Origin: Phyllobates terribilis
Taxonomy: Eukaryota
Length of the DNA: 64,000 nucleotides
Reading direction: 5' to 3'
Assembly (NCBI RefSeq): GCF_046119375.1
Contig: NW_027362764.1
Span: 772,644,001 to 772,708,000 of the forward strand
Every line of letters starts with the position of its first letter. Position 1 is the stretch's first letter. The notes beneath the pieces were generated by a model, which saw only the letters and a program-made list of their open reading frames with translations, searched no databases and was not told the origin of the DNA. Of this stretch, positions 10,853-23,600 are shown piece by piece. Position numbers and translations under genes: made by a program.

Positions 10853-11071
10853 CAGTGGTGGCCAAAAGTATTGGCACCCCTGCAATTCTGTCAGATAATA
10901 CTCAGTTTCTTCCTGAAAATGATTGTAATCACAAATTCTTTGGTATTATTATCTTCATTTAATTTGCTTGCAAGGAAAAAACACAAAAGAGAATGAAGCA
11001 AAAATCAAATCATTAATCATTTCACACAAAACTCCAAAAATGGGCCAGACAAAAGTATTGGCACCCTCAGC

Positions 11072-12105
<1,034 letters not shown>

Positions 12106-12301
12106 GCTCAATGTGGTACACACAAGGACACAGGACAGAGGTTGAGTCAACTTTAATCCATGTTAACTGGCTGCAAGTGTGATTTAGTTATTGCCAACGC
12201 CTGTTAGGTGCCACAGGTAAGTTACAGGTGCTGTTAATTACACCAATTAGAGAAGCATCACATGATTTTTCAAACAGTGCCAATACTTTTATCCACCCCC
12301 T

Positions 12302-15300
12302 ATCTATTCTGAAAACTGAATTGTACCTCCATGCTTCTTGCAATGCTCTGCAGCCTATCATTGGTAAATCTTTGTCATTCATCTACTACGTGTTATCTAT
12401 TCTGAAAACTGAATTGTACCTCCATGCTTCTTGCAATGCTCTGCAGCCTATCATTGGTCATTCATCTACGTCGTTTAACCCATGATACTTTAAGGTCATC
12501 ACACTTACTTTCACAATTTATGATCCATGTAGACTTGCCAATCTGTTTTTTGTTCTGCAGTTTATGGTCTCCTGTTGTCTTAAACTAGCTGATTGATTGC
12601 TAACGAGTTAAATCTGTGTAGATCTAAGCAGATACTTCCCTATATATTGAGACATAGTCAAGGGGCAGCATTTATGCGGGGGCATTTATGCATATAGCAT
12701 TTATGCATACTTTATCGAAGTGCCATAATTTATCAAAGTGTCTCGGCAGTTAGATATGGCAGTTGGACAGGGCAGGAGACAGGAAAGACATGCAAGACAA
12801 TTAAACAAACTTGCTTCCAGTCCATCAGTTTTGCAAACAGTACTCACCATTTGTATCTGTGCCATTTATATTCTGGCTGCAACAATCATCCACATTCACC
12901 GTTCGCCCACAAATTCAGCAGACTTCATCCATATTAACCCCTCTCTCCTCTCTTCTCCTATGTACAGCTGACATGCTCTCTTCACAATGTTATACCACAC
13001 AGATCCATTCATTGCCACCATACAACACAGGAAACGCTCTCACAAATCACTCAACCATCTGCTCACTCTCTGTATCTTCCTTCTCTTAGTCGCAGGTGAT
13101 ATTTCTCCTAATCCAGGACCCTCCAGTAATAATAACACTAACTCTTTCCCTGTTACATTCAGAAACCCTGCTAATCTCATTAATATTCCCTGCATATCTT
13201 CTGTCTCATTCAACTGTGCCCTTTGGAATGCGCGCTCAGCATGTAATAAACTCTCTTACATCCATGACTTTTCCCTCTCTAATTCCCTCAACCTTCTGGC
13301 TCTCACTGAAACCTGGATCCAGCAGTCGGACACCACCACCGCTCCAGCTCTCTCCTATGGTGGCCTACACTTCTCTCATACTCCGAGACCTGACAACAGA
13401 TCAGGTGGAGGTGTTGGTCTGCTTCTTTCAACAAAATGTACTTTTCAGGTGATCCCGCCAGTACCCTCCCTTATCTTCCCTTCTTTTGAGGCCCACACAG
13501 TCAGACTCTACCGGCCCTTCTCCCTGCGAGTGGCCGTTGTCTATCGCCCTCCAGGTCCCTCCCGTCAGTTCCTGGATCACTTTGCTGCCTGGCTTCCAAA
13601 TTTTCTATCCTGCGACATCCCCACGATAATCATGGGAGATTTTAACATCCCAATTGGTGAGTCTCTTTCCCCATCTGCTGCTCACCTTTTATCACTAACC
13701 TCCTCCTTCGGCCTTTCACAGCTTGCTAATTCTCCTACACATGAGGACGGGAACACATTGGACCTGATCTTCTCCCGGCTTTGCTCAGTACATGACTTTA
13801 CTAACTCTCCCATTCCACTGTCTGACCATAATCTTCTTTCATTCTCTGTCAAGAACTGTGACTCTACTCTAGACCCCTCCACTTTCCACACTTATAGAAA
13901 TTTACGCGCCATTAACACCCAGAAATTGATGAAAAAGTTGCACTCATCATTGGTCCCAATCTCTTCCCTCTCATGTCCCAACTCTGCATTGAAGCATTAT
14001 AACGATATAATGCTATGCGTTGTGGATGAAGCCGCACCTCCTACACAAAGAACAATTTGGCATAGACGGCGACAACCCTGGCACACGCCTCAAACACGTC
14101 TTCTCCAGCGGTGTTCCAGGTGCGCTGAAAGGCTGTGGAGAAAATCTAATCTGCCCAACGATTTCCTCCATTATAAATTTATGCTGAAAACATATAACTC
14201 TGCCCTTCACCTCTCCAAACAAACCTACTTTAACAACCTCATAATCTCACTTTCCAATAATCCTAAACGACTCTGTGACACGGTTCATTCTCTCCACAAT
14301 CAAACACAGGCCCCGACCACCGACCTCAGCGCTGACAATCTGGCCAATTATTTCAAAGAAAAAATTGACCATATACGACAGGAAATTTTCTCCCAATCCC
14401 CAAACGTTTTGCATGCTCTCCCCCACCACATTGTATCTTGCTCACTTTCTGACTTCAAACCAGTCACGGAAGATGAAGTGATCAGGCTCCTTGCATCTTC
14501 TCGCCCTACCACCTGCACCAGTGACCCTATTCCCTCACATCTCCTTCAGTCCCTTGCTCCAGCTGTCACCACTCACCTAACTAAAATTTTCAACCTCTCC
14601 CTCTCATCTGGTATCTTTCCCTCTTCTTTTAAACATGCCAGCATACATCCATTACTTAAAAAAAAATCCCTTGACCAGAACTGCACGACCAACTACAGAC
14701 CGGTCTCTAATCTTCCCTTTATCTCTAAACTCCTGGAACGCCTGGTCCATTCCCGTCTAATCCGCTATCTTTCAGACAACGCTCTTCTTGACCCTTTACA
14801 ATCTGGTTTCCGCTCTTTACATTCTACTGAAACTGCCCTCACTAAAGTTTCTAATGATCTACTAACAGCTAAATCTAATGGTCACTACTCCCTGCTGATT
14901 CTCCTGGATCTCTCTGCAGCATTCGACACTGTGGATCACCAGCTCCTCCTCACTATGCTCTGCTCTATTGGCCTCAAGGACACTGTTCTCCCCTGGTTCT
15001 CCTCCTATCTCTCTGACCGCTCCTTCTCTGTGTCTTTCGCCGGCTCCTCCTCCTCTCTCCTTCCCCTTACTGTCGGGGTTCCTCAAGGATCAGTCCTAGG
15101 CCCCCTTCTTTTCTCCTTATACACCGCTCCTATTGGACAAACAATCAGCAGATTCAGTTTTCAGTACCATCTCTATGCTGATGACACCCAATTATACACC
15201 TCTGCTCCGGACATCACCCCTGCATTACTACAAAAGACCAGTGATTGTCTTTCTGCTGTGTCTAACAATATGTCCTCCCTCTGCCTAAAACTGAATCTGT

Positions 15301-16384
15301 CAAAAACTGAACTACTCGTATTTCCTCCCTCCACTAACCTACCTGTGCCCGATATTGGCATTTCCGTTTGTGGCTCAACCATTACTCCCCAGCAACAAGC
15401 CCGCTGTCTTGGGGTCATTTTTGACTCCGATCTTTCTTTTACTCCTCACATCAAATCACTCGCTCGTTCATGTCATCTACACCTCAAAAACATCTCAAGA
15501 ATCAGGACTTTTCTCACCTTTGACTCGGCAAAAACTCTTACTGTAACTCTTATTCATTCTCGTCTTGACTATTGCAACTCTCTACTTATCGGGCTCCCTC
15601 TTACTAAACTCTCCCCTCTCCAATCCATCCTTAATGCAGCAGCCAGGATCATATTCCTCGCCAACCGCTACTCCGATGCCTCTTCCCTGTGCCAGTCATT
15701 GCATTGGTTACCCATCCAATATAGAATTCAATTTAAACTTATCACGCTCACCCACAAAGCGCTCCATGCTTCAGCACCCCCCTACATCTCCTCCCTTGTC
15801 TCAGTCTACCACCCTACATGTGCCCTCCGTTCTGCCAATAACTTAAAACTAAAATCCTCCATAATCCGAACTTCTCACTCCCATCTCCAAGATTTCTCAC
15901 GTTCTGCGCCAATTCTTTGGAATGCACTACCCAAGACAGTTCGATTAATTCACAATACCCACAGTTTCAAGCGGACCCTAAAAACCCATTTCTTTAGACT
16001 GGCGTATCACCTAAACACACAATCTGTCCATCCCAGTTGTCCGTCCCAGTTTTCCCCCATATTAAATTCTTCTTCAATTTCAGGTTCATACCAACCGTGC
16101 ACATAATAGCCTCGGTCAGGACTGCACACATACTGGCAGGCGACCAGTCCATGTATTATTTATCCTATATAGTATATCAAGGCTGCATTATACAATATAT
16201 GTACATTTTACCTTTTGTGTCTCCCCAATCTCCTCATAGACTGTAAGCTTGCGAGCAGGACCCTCACTCCTTTCGATATGAGATATGCTTATTCTGTATT
16301 GTCTGTATATGTCCCCCCTAAAACTTGTAAATTGCTGCGGAATATGTTGGCGCTATAAAAGTAAACATTATTATTATTATTATT
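12302..16384 (+). mobile_element. L2-clade non-LTR retrotransposon (about 4.1 kb) with (TTA)n tail and 7-bp TSD
   Basis: ACCCCCT at 12295-12301 and 16385-16391; (tta)n tail at 16367-16384; 3' ggaatatgttggcgcta motif; contains the EN-RT ORF. Confidence 0.93.
12987..16106 (+). CDS. LINE ORF2-type protein: APE endonuclease plus reverse transcriptase (1039 aa), with N-terminal 2A-like motif
   Basis: APE motifs WNARS, LTETW, GGGVG, VYRPPG, GDFN, TLDL, SDH; RT motifs [31 protein letters not shown]; L2-type C-terminus [15 protein letters not shown]. No stop or frameshift in the ORF track. Confidence 0.95.
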   Translation: MLYHTDPFIATIQHRKRSHKSLNHLLTLCIFLLLVAGDISPNPGPSSNNNTNSFPVTFRNPANLINIPCISSVSFNCALWNARSACNKLSYIHDFSLSNSLNLLALTETWIQQSDTTTAPALSYGGLHFSHTPRPDNRSGGGVGLLLSTKCTFQVIPPVPSLIFPSFEAHTVRLYRPFSLRVAVVYRPPGPSRQFLDHFAAWLPNFLSCDIPTIIMGDFNIPIGESLSPSAAHLLSLTSSFGLSQLANSPTHEDGNTLDLIFSRLCSVHDFTNSPIPLSDHNLLSFSVKNCDSTLDPSTFHTYRNLRAINTQKLMKKLHSSLVPISSLSCPNSALKHYNDIMLCVVDEAAPPTQRTIWHRRRQPWHTPQTRLLQRCSRCAERLWRKSNLPNDFLHYKFMLKTYNSALHLSKQTYFNNLIISLSNNPKRLCDTVHSLHNQTQAPTTDLSADNLANYFKEKIDHIRQEIFSQSPNVLHALPHHIVSCSLSDFKPVTEDEVIRLLASSRPTTCTSDPIPSHLLQSLAPAVTTHLTKIFNLSLSSGIFPSSFKHASIHPLLKKKSLDQNCTTNYRPVSNLPFISKLLERLVHSRLIRYLSDNALLDPLQSGFRSLHSTETALTKVSNDLLTAKSNGHYSLLILLDLSAAFDTVDHQLLLTMLCSIGLKDTVLPWFSSYLSDRSFSVSFAGSSSSLLPLTVGVPQGSVLGPLLFSLYTAPIGQTISRFSFQYHLYADDTQLYTSAPDITPALLQKTSDCLSAVSNNMSSLCLKLNLSKTELLVFPPSTNLPVPDIGISVCGSTITPQQQARCLGVIFDSDLSFTPHIKSLARSCHLHLKNISRIRTFLTFDSAKTLTVTLIHSRLDYCNSLLIGLPLTKLSPLQSILNAAARIIFLANRYSDASSLCQSLHWLPIQYRIQFKLITLTHKALHASAPPYISSLVSVYHPTCALRSANNLKLKSSIIRTSHSHLQDFSRSAPILWNALPKTVRLIHNTHSFKRTLKTHFFRLAYHLNTQSVHPSCPSQFSPILNSSSISGSYQPCT

Positions 16385-16577
16385 ACCCCCTTTTTTAGGT
16401 TTGGTGTGGAATTGTATCCAATTTGGCTTTAGGACAATTCTTTTTGTGTTTTTTCATTGAAGACAAATTAAATGAAGATAATAATACCAAAGAATTTGTG
16501 ATTGCAATCATTTTCAGGAAGAAACTGAGTATTATCTGACAGAATTGCAGGGGTGCCAATACATTTGGCCACCACTG

Positions 16578-18235
16578 TATATAGAAGAGTCACATCTATC
16601 TCACCCATTGAGCAGTATGTATAGAGGAGTCACATCTATCCCATCCATAGAGCAGTATGTATAGAAGAGTCACATCTACCCCATCCATAGATCAGTATGT
16701 ATAGAGGAGTCACATCTATCCCATCTATAGAGCAGTATGTATAGAGGAGTCACATCTATCCCATCCATAGAGCAGTATGTATAGAGGAGTCACATCTATC
16801 CCATCCATAGTGTAGTATATATAGAAGAGTCACACCTATCTCACCCATTGAGCAGTATGTATAGAGGAGTCACATCTATCTCATCCATAGAGCAGTATGT
16901 ATAGAGGAGTCACATATATCCCATCCATAGAGCAGTATATATAGAGGAATCACATCTACCTCACCCATACAGCAGTATGTATAAAGGAGTCACATCTATC
17001 CCATTCATAGAGCAGAATGTATAGAGGAGTCACATCTATCCCATCCAAAGAGCAATATGTATAGAAGAATCACATCTATCTCATCCATAGAGCAGTATGT
17101 ATGGAGGAATCACATCTATTCCATCCATAGAGCAGTATGTATAGAGGAGTCACATCTACCCCATCCATAGAGCAGTATATATAGAAGAGTCACATCTATC
17201 TCATACATAGAGCAGTATGTATAGAGGAGTCACATCTATCCCATCCATAAAGCAGTATGTATAGAAGAGTCACATGTATCTCATCAATAGAGCAGTATGT
17301 ATAGAGGAGTCACATCTATCCCATCCATAGAGCAGTATGTATAGAGGAGTCACATGTATCTCATCAATAGAGCAGTATGTATAGAAGAGTCACATCTATC
17401 CCATCCATAGAGCAGTATGTATAGAGGAGTCACATGTATCTCATCAATAGAGCAGTATGTATAGAGGAGTCACATCTATCCCATCCATAGAGCAGTATGT
17501 ATAGAGGAGTCACATGTATCTCATCAATAGAGCAGTATGTATAGAGGAGTCACATCTATCCCATCCGTAGAGCAGTATATATAGAAGAGTCACATCTATC
17601 CCATCCATAGAGCAGTATGTATAGAGGAGTCACATGTATCTCATCAATAGAGCAGTATGTATAGAGGAGTCACATGTATCTCATCAATAGAGGAGTATGT
17701 ATAGAGGAGTCACATCTATCCCATCCGTAGAGCAGTATATATAGAGGAGTCACATCTATCCCATCCGTAGAGCAGTATATATAGAGGAGTCACATCTATA
17801 CCATCCATAGAGCAGTACGCATAGAAGAATCACATCTATCCCATCCATAGAGCAGTATGTATAGAGGAGTCACATCTATCCCATCCATAGAGCAGTATGT
17901 ATAGAAGAATCACATCTATCTCATCCATAGAGCAGTATGTATAGAGGAGTCACATCTACCCCATCCATGCAGCAGTATATATAGAGGAGTCACATCTATA
18001 CCATCCATAGAGCAGAATGTATAGAGGAGTCACATCTATCCCATCCATAGAGCAGTATATATAGAGGAGTCACATCTACCCCATCCATAGATCAGTATGT
18101 ATAGAGGAGTCACATCTATCCCATCCATAGAGCAGTATGTATAGAATAGTCACATCTATCCCATCCATAGAGCAGTATGTATAGAGGAGTCACATCTATC
18201 CCATCCATAGAGAAGTATCATCTATAGAGCAGTAT
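16578..18235. repeat. 40-bp minisatellite, right arm (about 41 units)
   Basis: Same 40-bp unit resumes after the Tc1 TA; adds variants such as catgtatctcatcaatag. Confidence 0.95.
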
Positions 18236-18985
18236 GTGCTGTATGTTATAGTTCACCATTTTTTTATTTTTTTTTATATCTCCCGTTCAGCTCCCCCTGC
18301 AGGACAGACACAGAAAAACCATAAAACCACAGCCAATCTTTGCTATATAACTTTTGTTGTTGATGTAGTCAAAACAACATATATCATCCGTCCACAGGAG
18401 AATAGATGAATGTGTGGTTGTTGGTAGTCCGACTCTGGAGACCCCCAATGATGCTGAGAATGACAGTCAAGAAGTTGTGAATGGAACGGCAGAATGATGT
18501 GTGACCAATTCTCCAGCCATCAGTGAATGAAGCAGTGGTATCTTATGATCACTACCACTCCATTTACACAGAGAACATTGGGTTCCCCATTCCCACAATT
18601 GTTTGGACTCCATTACTAAGACTTGGCGTACTTTCAATTTTCATGGTTGACATCCAGTAGAAGTGAACTGGAGTACTAAGCATGTTACCAAAAAGTTTTG
18701 GTTACACACCTTTTCGAGGTCCCCAGGCTCCAGCCATTTCTCCCCATGTATTGTCCACTCATTCTCTTCCCCTCCATCTAATGGTCTTCATCTCCTTAAG
18801 TTGGGGCACATGAAGGTGTCTCTAAATTCTGAAAGGTTTTGGGGGGGGGGGAATGGGTCTGAGAAGTTTTGTTGACTATTTTAGGAGTCAAAAAGGTGAC
18901 TCCTTTTTCTGGAAGCTCCTTCAGATATGTCATATTTCTTGTCTATGGGTCAAATTTTTCGTCTAGAACATCAGGTATGTTTTAC

Positions 18986-19039
18986 CTTTGGTCCGGGTTT
19001 TCCGTCCACTCCACCTGTTCCATCTTTTCCAGGTGATCC
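18986..19039 (-). CDS. col22a1: Collagen exon, 54 nt (GSPGKDGTGGVDGKPGPK)
   Basis: tttttttag|GGA...AAG|gtaaaa; aligns to recalled human GPPGKDGPNGPPGPPGTK. Confidence 0.9.
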
Positions 19040-20027
19040 CTAAAAAAATACATATAGTTATTGTAGAAATGGATTCATCATAGGTAGTCATAAAATATAT
19101 ACTGTATATATGAGTTTAAGTAATGATTTCAATGACAGCAAGTTTTACTCCATCAGATCAGTCCACCATCTCATGTACATTAGTCATATGAGACTATTTA
19201 TTATGGGGGCTGCAAATACTAAAAATGTTATCTTTTGTGGGTATATTAATGTAGACGATCACTGCAGATAATGGCCTGTGAATGGCACTGTACTCCCATC
19301 CCATTGCAGAGTCATCAGCCGAATGGAGATCGAGCAGCTACAAGGGAAGAGATAGTTTGTGCATGGAGAAGGCAGAGATGGTTTATCACCATCTCTGCCT
19401 TCCTGCTCGCTGTATACACAATGCAGAAGGAGAACCAACCGCACCTCCTCCTCCAGACCCTGTGATCTTGTGATTGTTGGGTGCTGGGATGGAGAAGAAG
19501 CTGATGAGTCCTAATAAATCCAGACCAGCTCTGCAGTGCAGGTAGGAGGCTGAATTTACCCTGTAACTGGGGATAATATAGCCCCGGTTACAGGGAAAAT
19601 TAGAAATAAAATTATGTATTTAAATGTTAAAATGCCTCTCAAAGGTCTTTAATTACATTTTTTGGGGCATAATATGTGAAATTAAAAAAAAAAATTAAAA
19701 TAAAAACATAACACACACAAAAAATAAAAGAAATAAATAAATTAAAAATGAAACCACTGACACTCCAAATAGCTATTTCTATCCCCACACCCTTAGGAAA
19801 AAAATACATGTTCGATAAGTAAAATATAATTGCTACAGAAAGAGGAACATAATTAAAAAAATTATTTTAGTGGCCTTTTGCAATTATGAAAAAAATGTGA
19901 AAAAGTTATAAATAAATTCATGCTGAAAAATAGGCCTAACGTATCAAGAAAAAAAAAGTTATTTAAATATGCGGAAAAGAAAATATTTTAGAGCCATGCA
20001 TTTTCCAGCTATTTGTCATGTACTTAC

Positions 20028-20081
20028 AGGGGGGCCGATTTTCCCAGGTTTTCCAGGAAATCCTATTTCACCCGGTAAACC
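20028..20081 (-). CDS. col22a1: Collagen exon, 54 nt (GLPGEIGFPGKPGKIGPP)
   Basis: tttttttag|GGT...CCT|gtaagt. GLPGEIGFPGKPG matches my recollection of human COL22A1 (from memory, not searched). Confidence 0.9.
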
Positions 20082-20639
20082 CTAAAAAAACCAACATAAT
20101 GAGATGAGGAATAAATATAGGGTTCATTGCTGCAGCACAGACATAACCGCGGATTACGAGATTGGCAAGGAATAAAACATTTATTTTTTCTCAATTTCTT
20201 CAGAGGTCAAGAGCAAGCAGGCAGGGGTTAAAAATTAATAGGGGATTCATTAAATCCCACACACTCCGGGGACCACGGCTGCACAGGTAATGGCTGCAAT
20301 GTATAATCTAATGAGTGAGTCACTGGAGTAGGCGGAGGGGCCCCGACAGCGGCAATGGATTCATCCCCCCTGCAGGTCAGAGCCAGGAGAGATCACACCT
20401 GACTAACGCTTCACCGATGGGACTGGGACGTATTCATTACGAGACTCCTCCTGCTCCACATCATCACCTGTAATATCATATATACCGCCTGCTGTGAAAT
20501 GTAAGAAACTGCAATAATCAGCCTGATACATAACATATACAGTGTACACAAGAGGAAGATCATTTATACTGACGTATCACAGATTTCTCCATGCGCATAA
20601 CATGTATTATAGTAGTCATATACCTGTATACAGAGGCCA

Positions 20640-23600
20640 GCATTATAGTAGTTATATTATTGTACATAGGAGCATTTTTATATTAGTTATATACTTGTAC
20701 ATAGGGGGCAGTATTATAGTACTAATAGTCTTGTACATAGGAGCAGTATTACAGTAGTTTTATTCTTGTACATAGGGCGCAGTATTATAGTAGCTATATT
20801 CTTGTACATAGGAGCAGTATTATAGTAGTTATAGTCTTGTACATAGGAGCAGTATTACAGTAGTTTTATTCTTGTACATAGGGGCAGTATTATAGTAGTT
20901 ATATTATTGCACATAGGAGCATTTTTATATTAGTTATATACTTGTACATAGGGGGCAGTATTATAGTACTAATAGTCTTGTACATAGGAGCAGTATTACA
21001 GTAGTTTTATTCTTGTACATAGGGCGCAGTATTATAGTAGCTATATTCTTGTACATAGGAGCAGTATTATAGTAGTTATAGTCTTGTACATAGGAGCAGT
21101 ATTACAGTAGTTTTATTCTTGTACATAGGGGGCAGTATTATAGTAGTTATATTCTTGTACATAGGAGCAGTATTATAGTAGTTATATTCTTGTACATAGG
21201 AGCAGTATTATAGTAGTTATATTCTAGTACATAGGGGGCAGTATTATAGTAGTTATATTCTTGTACATAGGGGGCAGTATTATAGTAGTTATATTCTTGT
21301 ACATAGGAGCAGTATTATAGTAGTTATATTCTTGTACATAGGAGCAGTATTATAGTAGTTATATTCTTGTACATAGGAGCAGTATTATAGTAGTTATATT
21401 CTTGTACATAGGGGGCAGTATTATAGTACTTATAGTCTTGTACATAGGAGCAGTATTACAGTAGTTTTATTCTTATACATAGGGGGCAGTATTATAGTAG
21501 TTATATTCTTGTACATAGGAGCAGTATTATAGTAGTTATATTCTTGTACATAGGAGCAGTATTATAGTAGTTATATTCTAGTACATAGGGGCAGTATTAT
21601 AGTAGTTATATTCTTGTACATAGGGGGCAGTATTATAGTAGTTATATTCTTGTACATAGGGGGCAGTATTATAGTAGTTATATTCTTGTACATAGGAGTA
21701 GTATTATAGTAGTTATATTCTTGTACAAAGGAGCAGTATTATAGTATATTCTTGTACATAGGAGCAGTATTATAGTAGTTATATTCTTGTACATAGCGAG
21801 CAGTATTATAGTAGTTATATTCTTGTACATATGAGCAGTATTATAGTAGTTATATTCTTGTACATAGGGGGCAGTATTATAGTAGTTATATTCTTGTACA
21901 TATGAGCAATATTATAGTAGTTATATTCTTGTACATGGGGGAAGTATTATAGTAGTTATATTCTTGTACATAGGAGCAGTATTATACTAGTTATATTCTT
22001 GTACATAGGGGCAGTATTATAGTAGTTATATTCTTGTACATAGGGGACAGTATTATAGTAGTTATATTCTTGTACATAGGAGCAGTATTATAGTAGTTAT
22101 ATTCTTGTACATAGGGGGCAGTATTATAGTAGTTATATTCTTGTACATAGGAGCAGTATTATAGTAGTTATATTCTTGTACATAGCAGCAGTATTATAGT
22201 AGTTATATTCTTGTACATAGCGGGCAGTATTATAATAGTTATATTCTTGTACATAGGGGGCAGTATTAGAGTAGTTATATTCTAGTACATACGGACAGTA
22301 TTATAGTAGTTATATTTTTGTACATAGGGGGTAGTATTATAGTAGTTATATTCTTGCACATAGGAGCAGTATTATAGTAGTTATAATTTTGTACATAGGG
22401 GCAGTATTATAGCAGTTATATTCTTGTACATAGGGGGCAGTATTATAATAGTTATATTCTTGTACATAGGAGCAGTATTATAGTAGTTATATTCTTGTAC
22501 ATAGGGGGCAGTATTATAATAGTTATATTCTTGTACATAGGAGAAGCATTATAGCAGTTATATTCTTGTACATAGGAGCAGTATTATAGAAGTTATATTC
22601 TTGTACATAGGGAGCAGTATTATAGTAGTTATATTCTTGTACATAGGGGGCAGTATTATAGTAGTTATATTCTTGTACATAGGAGCAGTATTATAGTAGT
22701 TATATTCTTGTACATAGGGGCAGTATTATAGTAGTTATATTCTTGTACATAGGGGCAGTATTATAGCAGTTATATTCTTGTACATAGGAGCAGTATTATA
22801 GTAGTTATATTCTTGTACATAGGGGCAGTATTATAGTAGTTATATTCTTGTACATAGGGGGCAGTATTATAATAGTTATATTCTTGTACATAGGAGCAGT
22901 ATTATAGTAGTTATATTCTTGTACATAGGAGCACTATTATAGTAGTTATATTCTTGAACATAGGAGCACTATTATAGTAGTTATATTCTTGTACATAGGA
23001 GCAGTATTATATTAGTTATATTCTTGAACATAGGGGCAGTATTATAGTAGTTATATTGTTGTACATAGGGGCAGTATTATAGTAGTTATATTCTTGTACA
23101 TAGGAGCAGTACTATAGTAGTTATAATCTTGTACATAGGAGCACTATTATAGTAGTTATACTATTGTACATAGGAGCACTATTATAGTAGTTATATTATT
23201 GCACATAGGAGCATTTTTATATTAGTTATATACTTGTACATAGGGGGCAGTATTATAGTACTTATAGTCTTGTACATAGGAGCAGTATTACAGTAGTTTT
23301 ATTCTTGTACATAGGGGGCAGTATTATAGTAGTTATATTCTTGTACATAGGGGCAGTATTATAGTAGTTATATTCTTGTACATAGGGGGCAGTATTATAA
23401 TAGTTATATTCTTGTACATAGGAGAAGTATTATAGTAGTTATATTCTTGTACATAGGAGCAGTATTATAGTAGTTATCTTCTTGTACATAGGGAGCAGTA
23501 TTATAGTAGTTATATTCTTGTACATAGGGGGCAGTATTATAGTAGTTATATTCTTGTACATAGGAGCAATATTATAGTAGTTATAATCTTGTACATAGGG

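Noticed and set aside
13096-16246. Alternative-frame and antisense ORFs overlapping the LINE ORF
   Set aside because: Expected shadows of a long C/T-biased coding sequence; no independent motifs.
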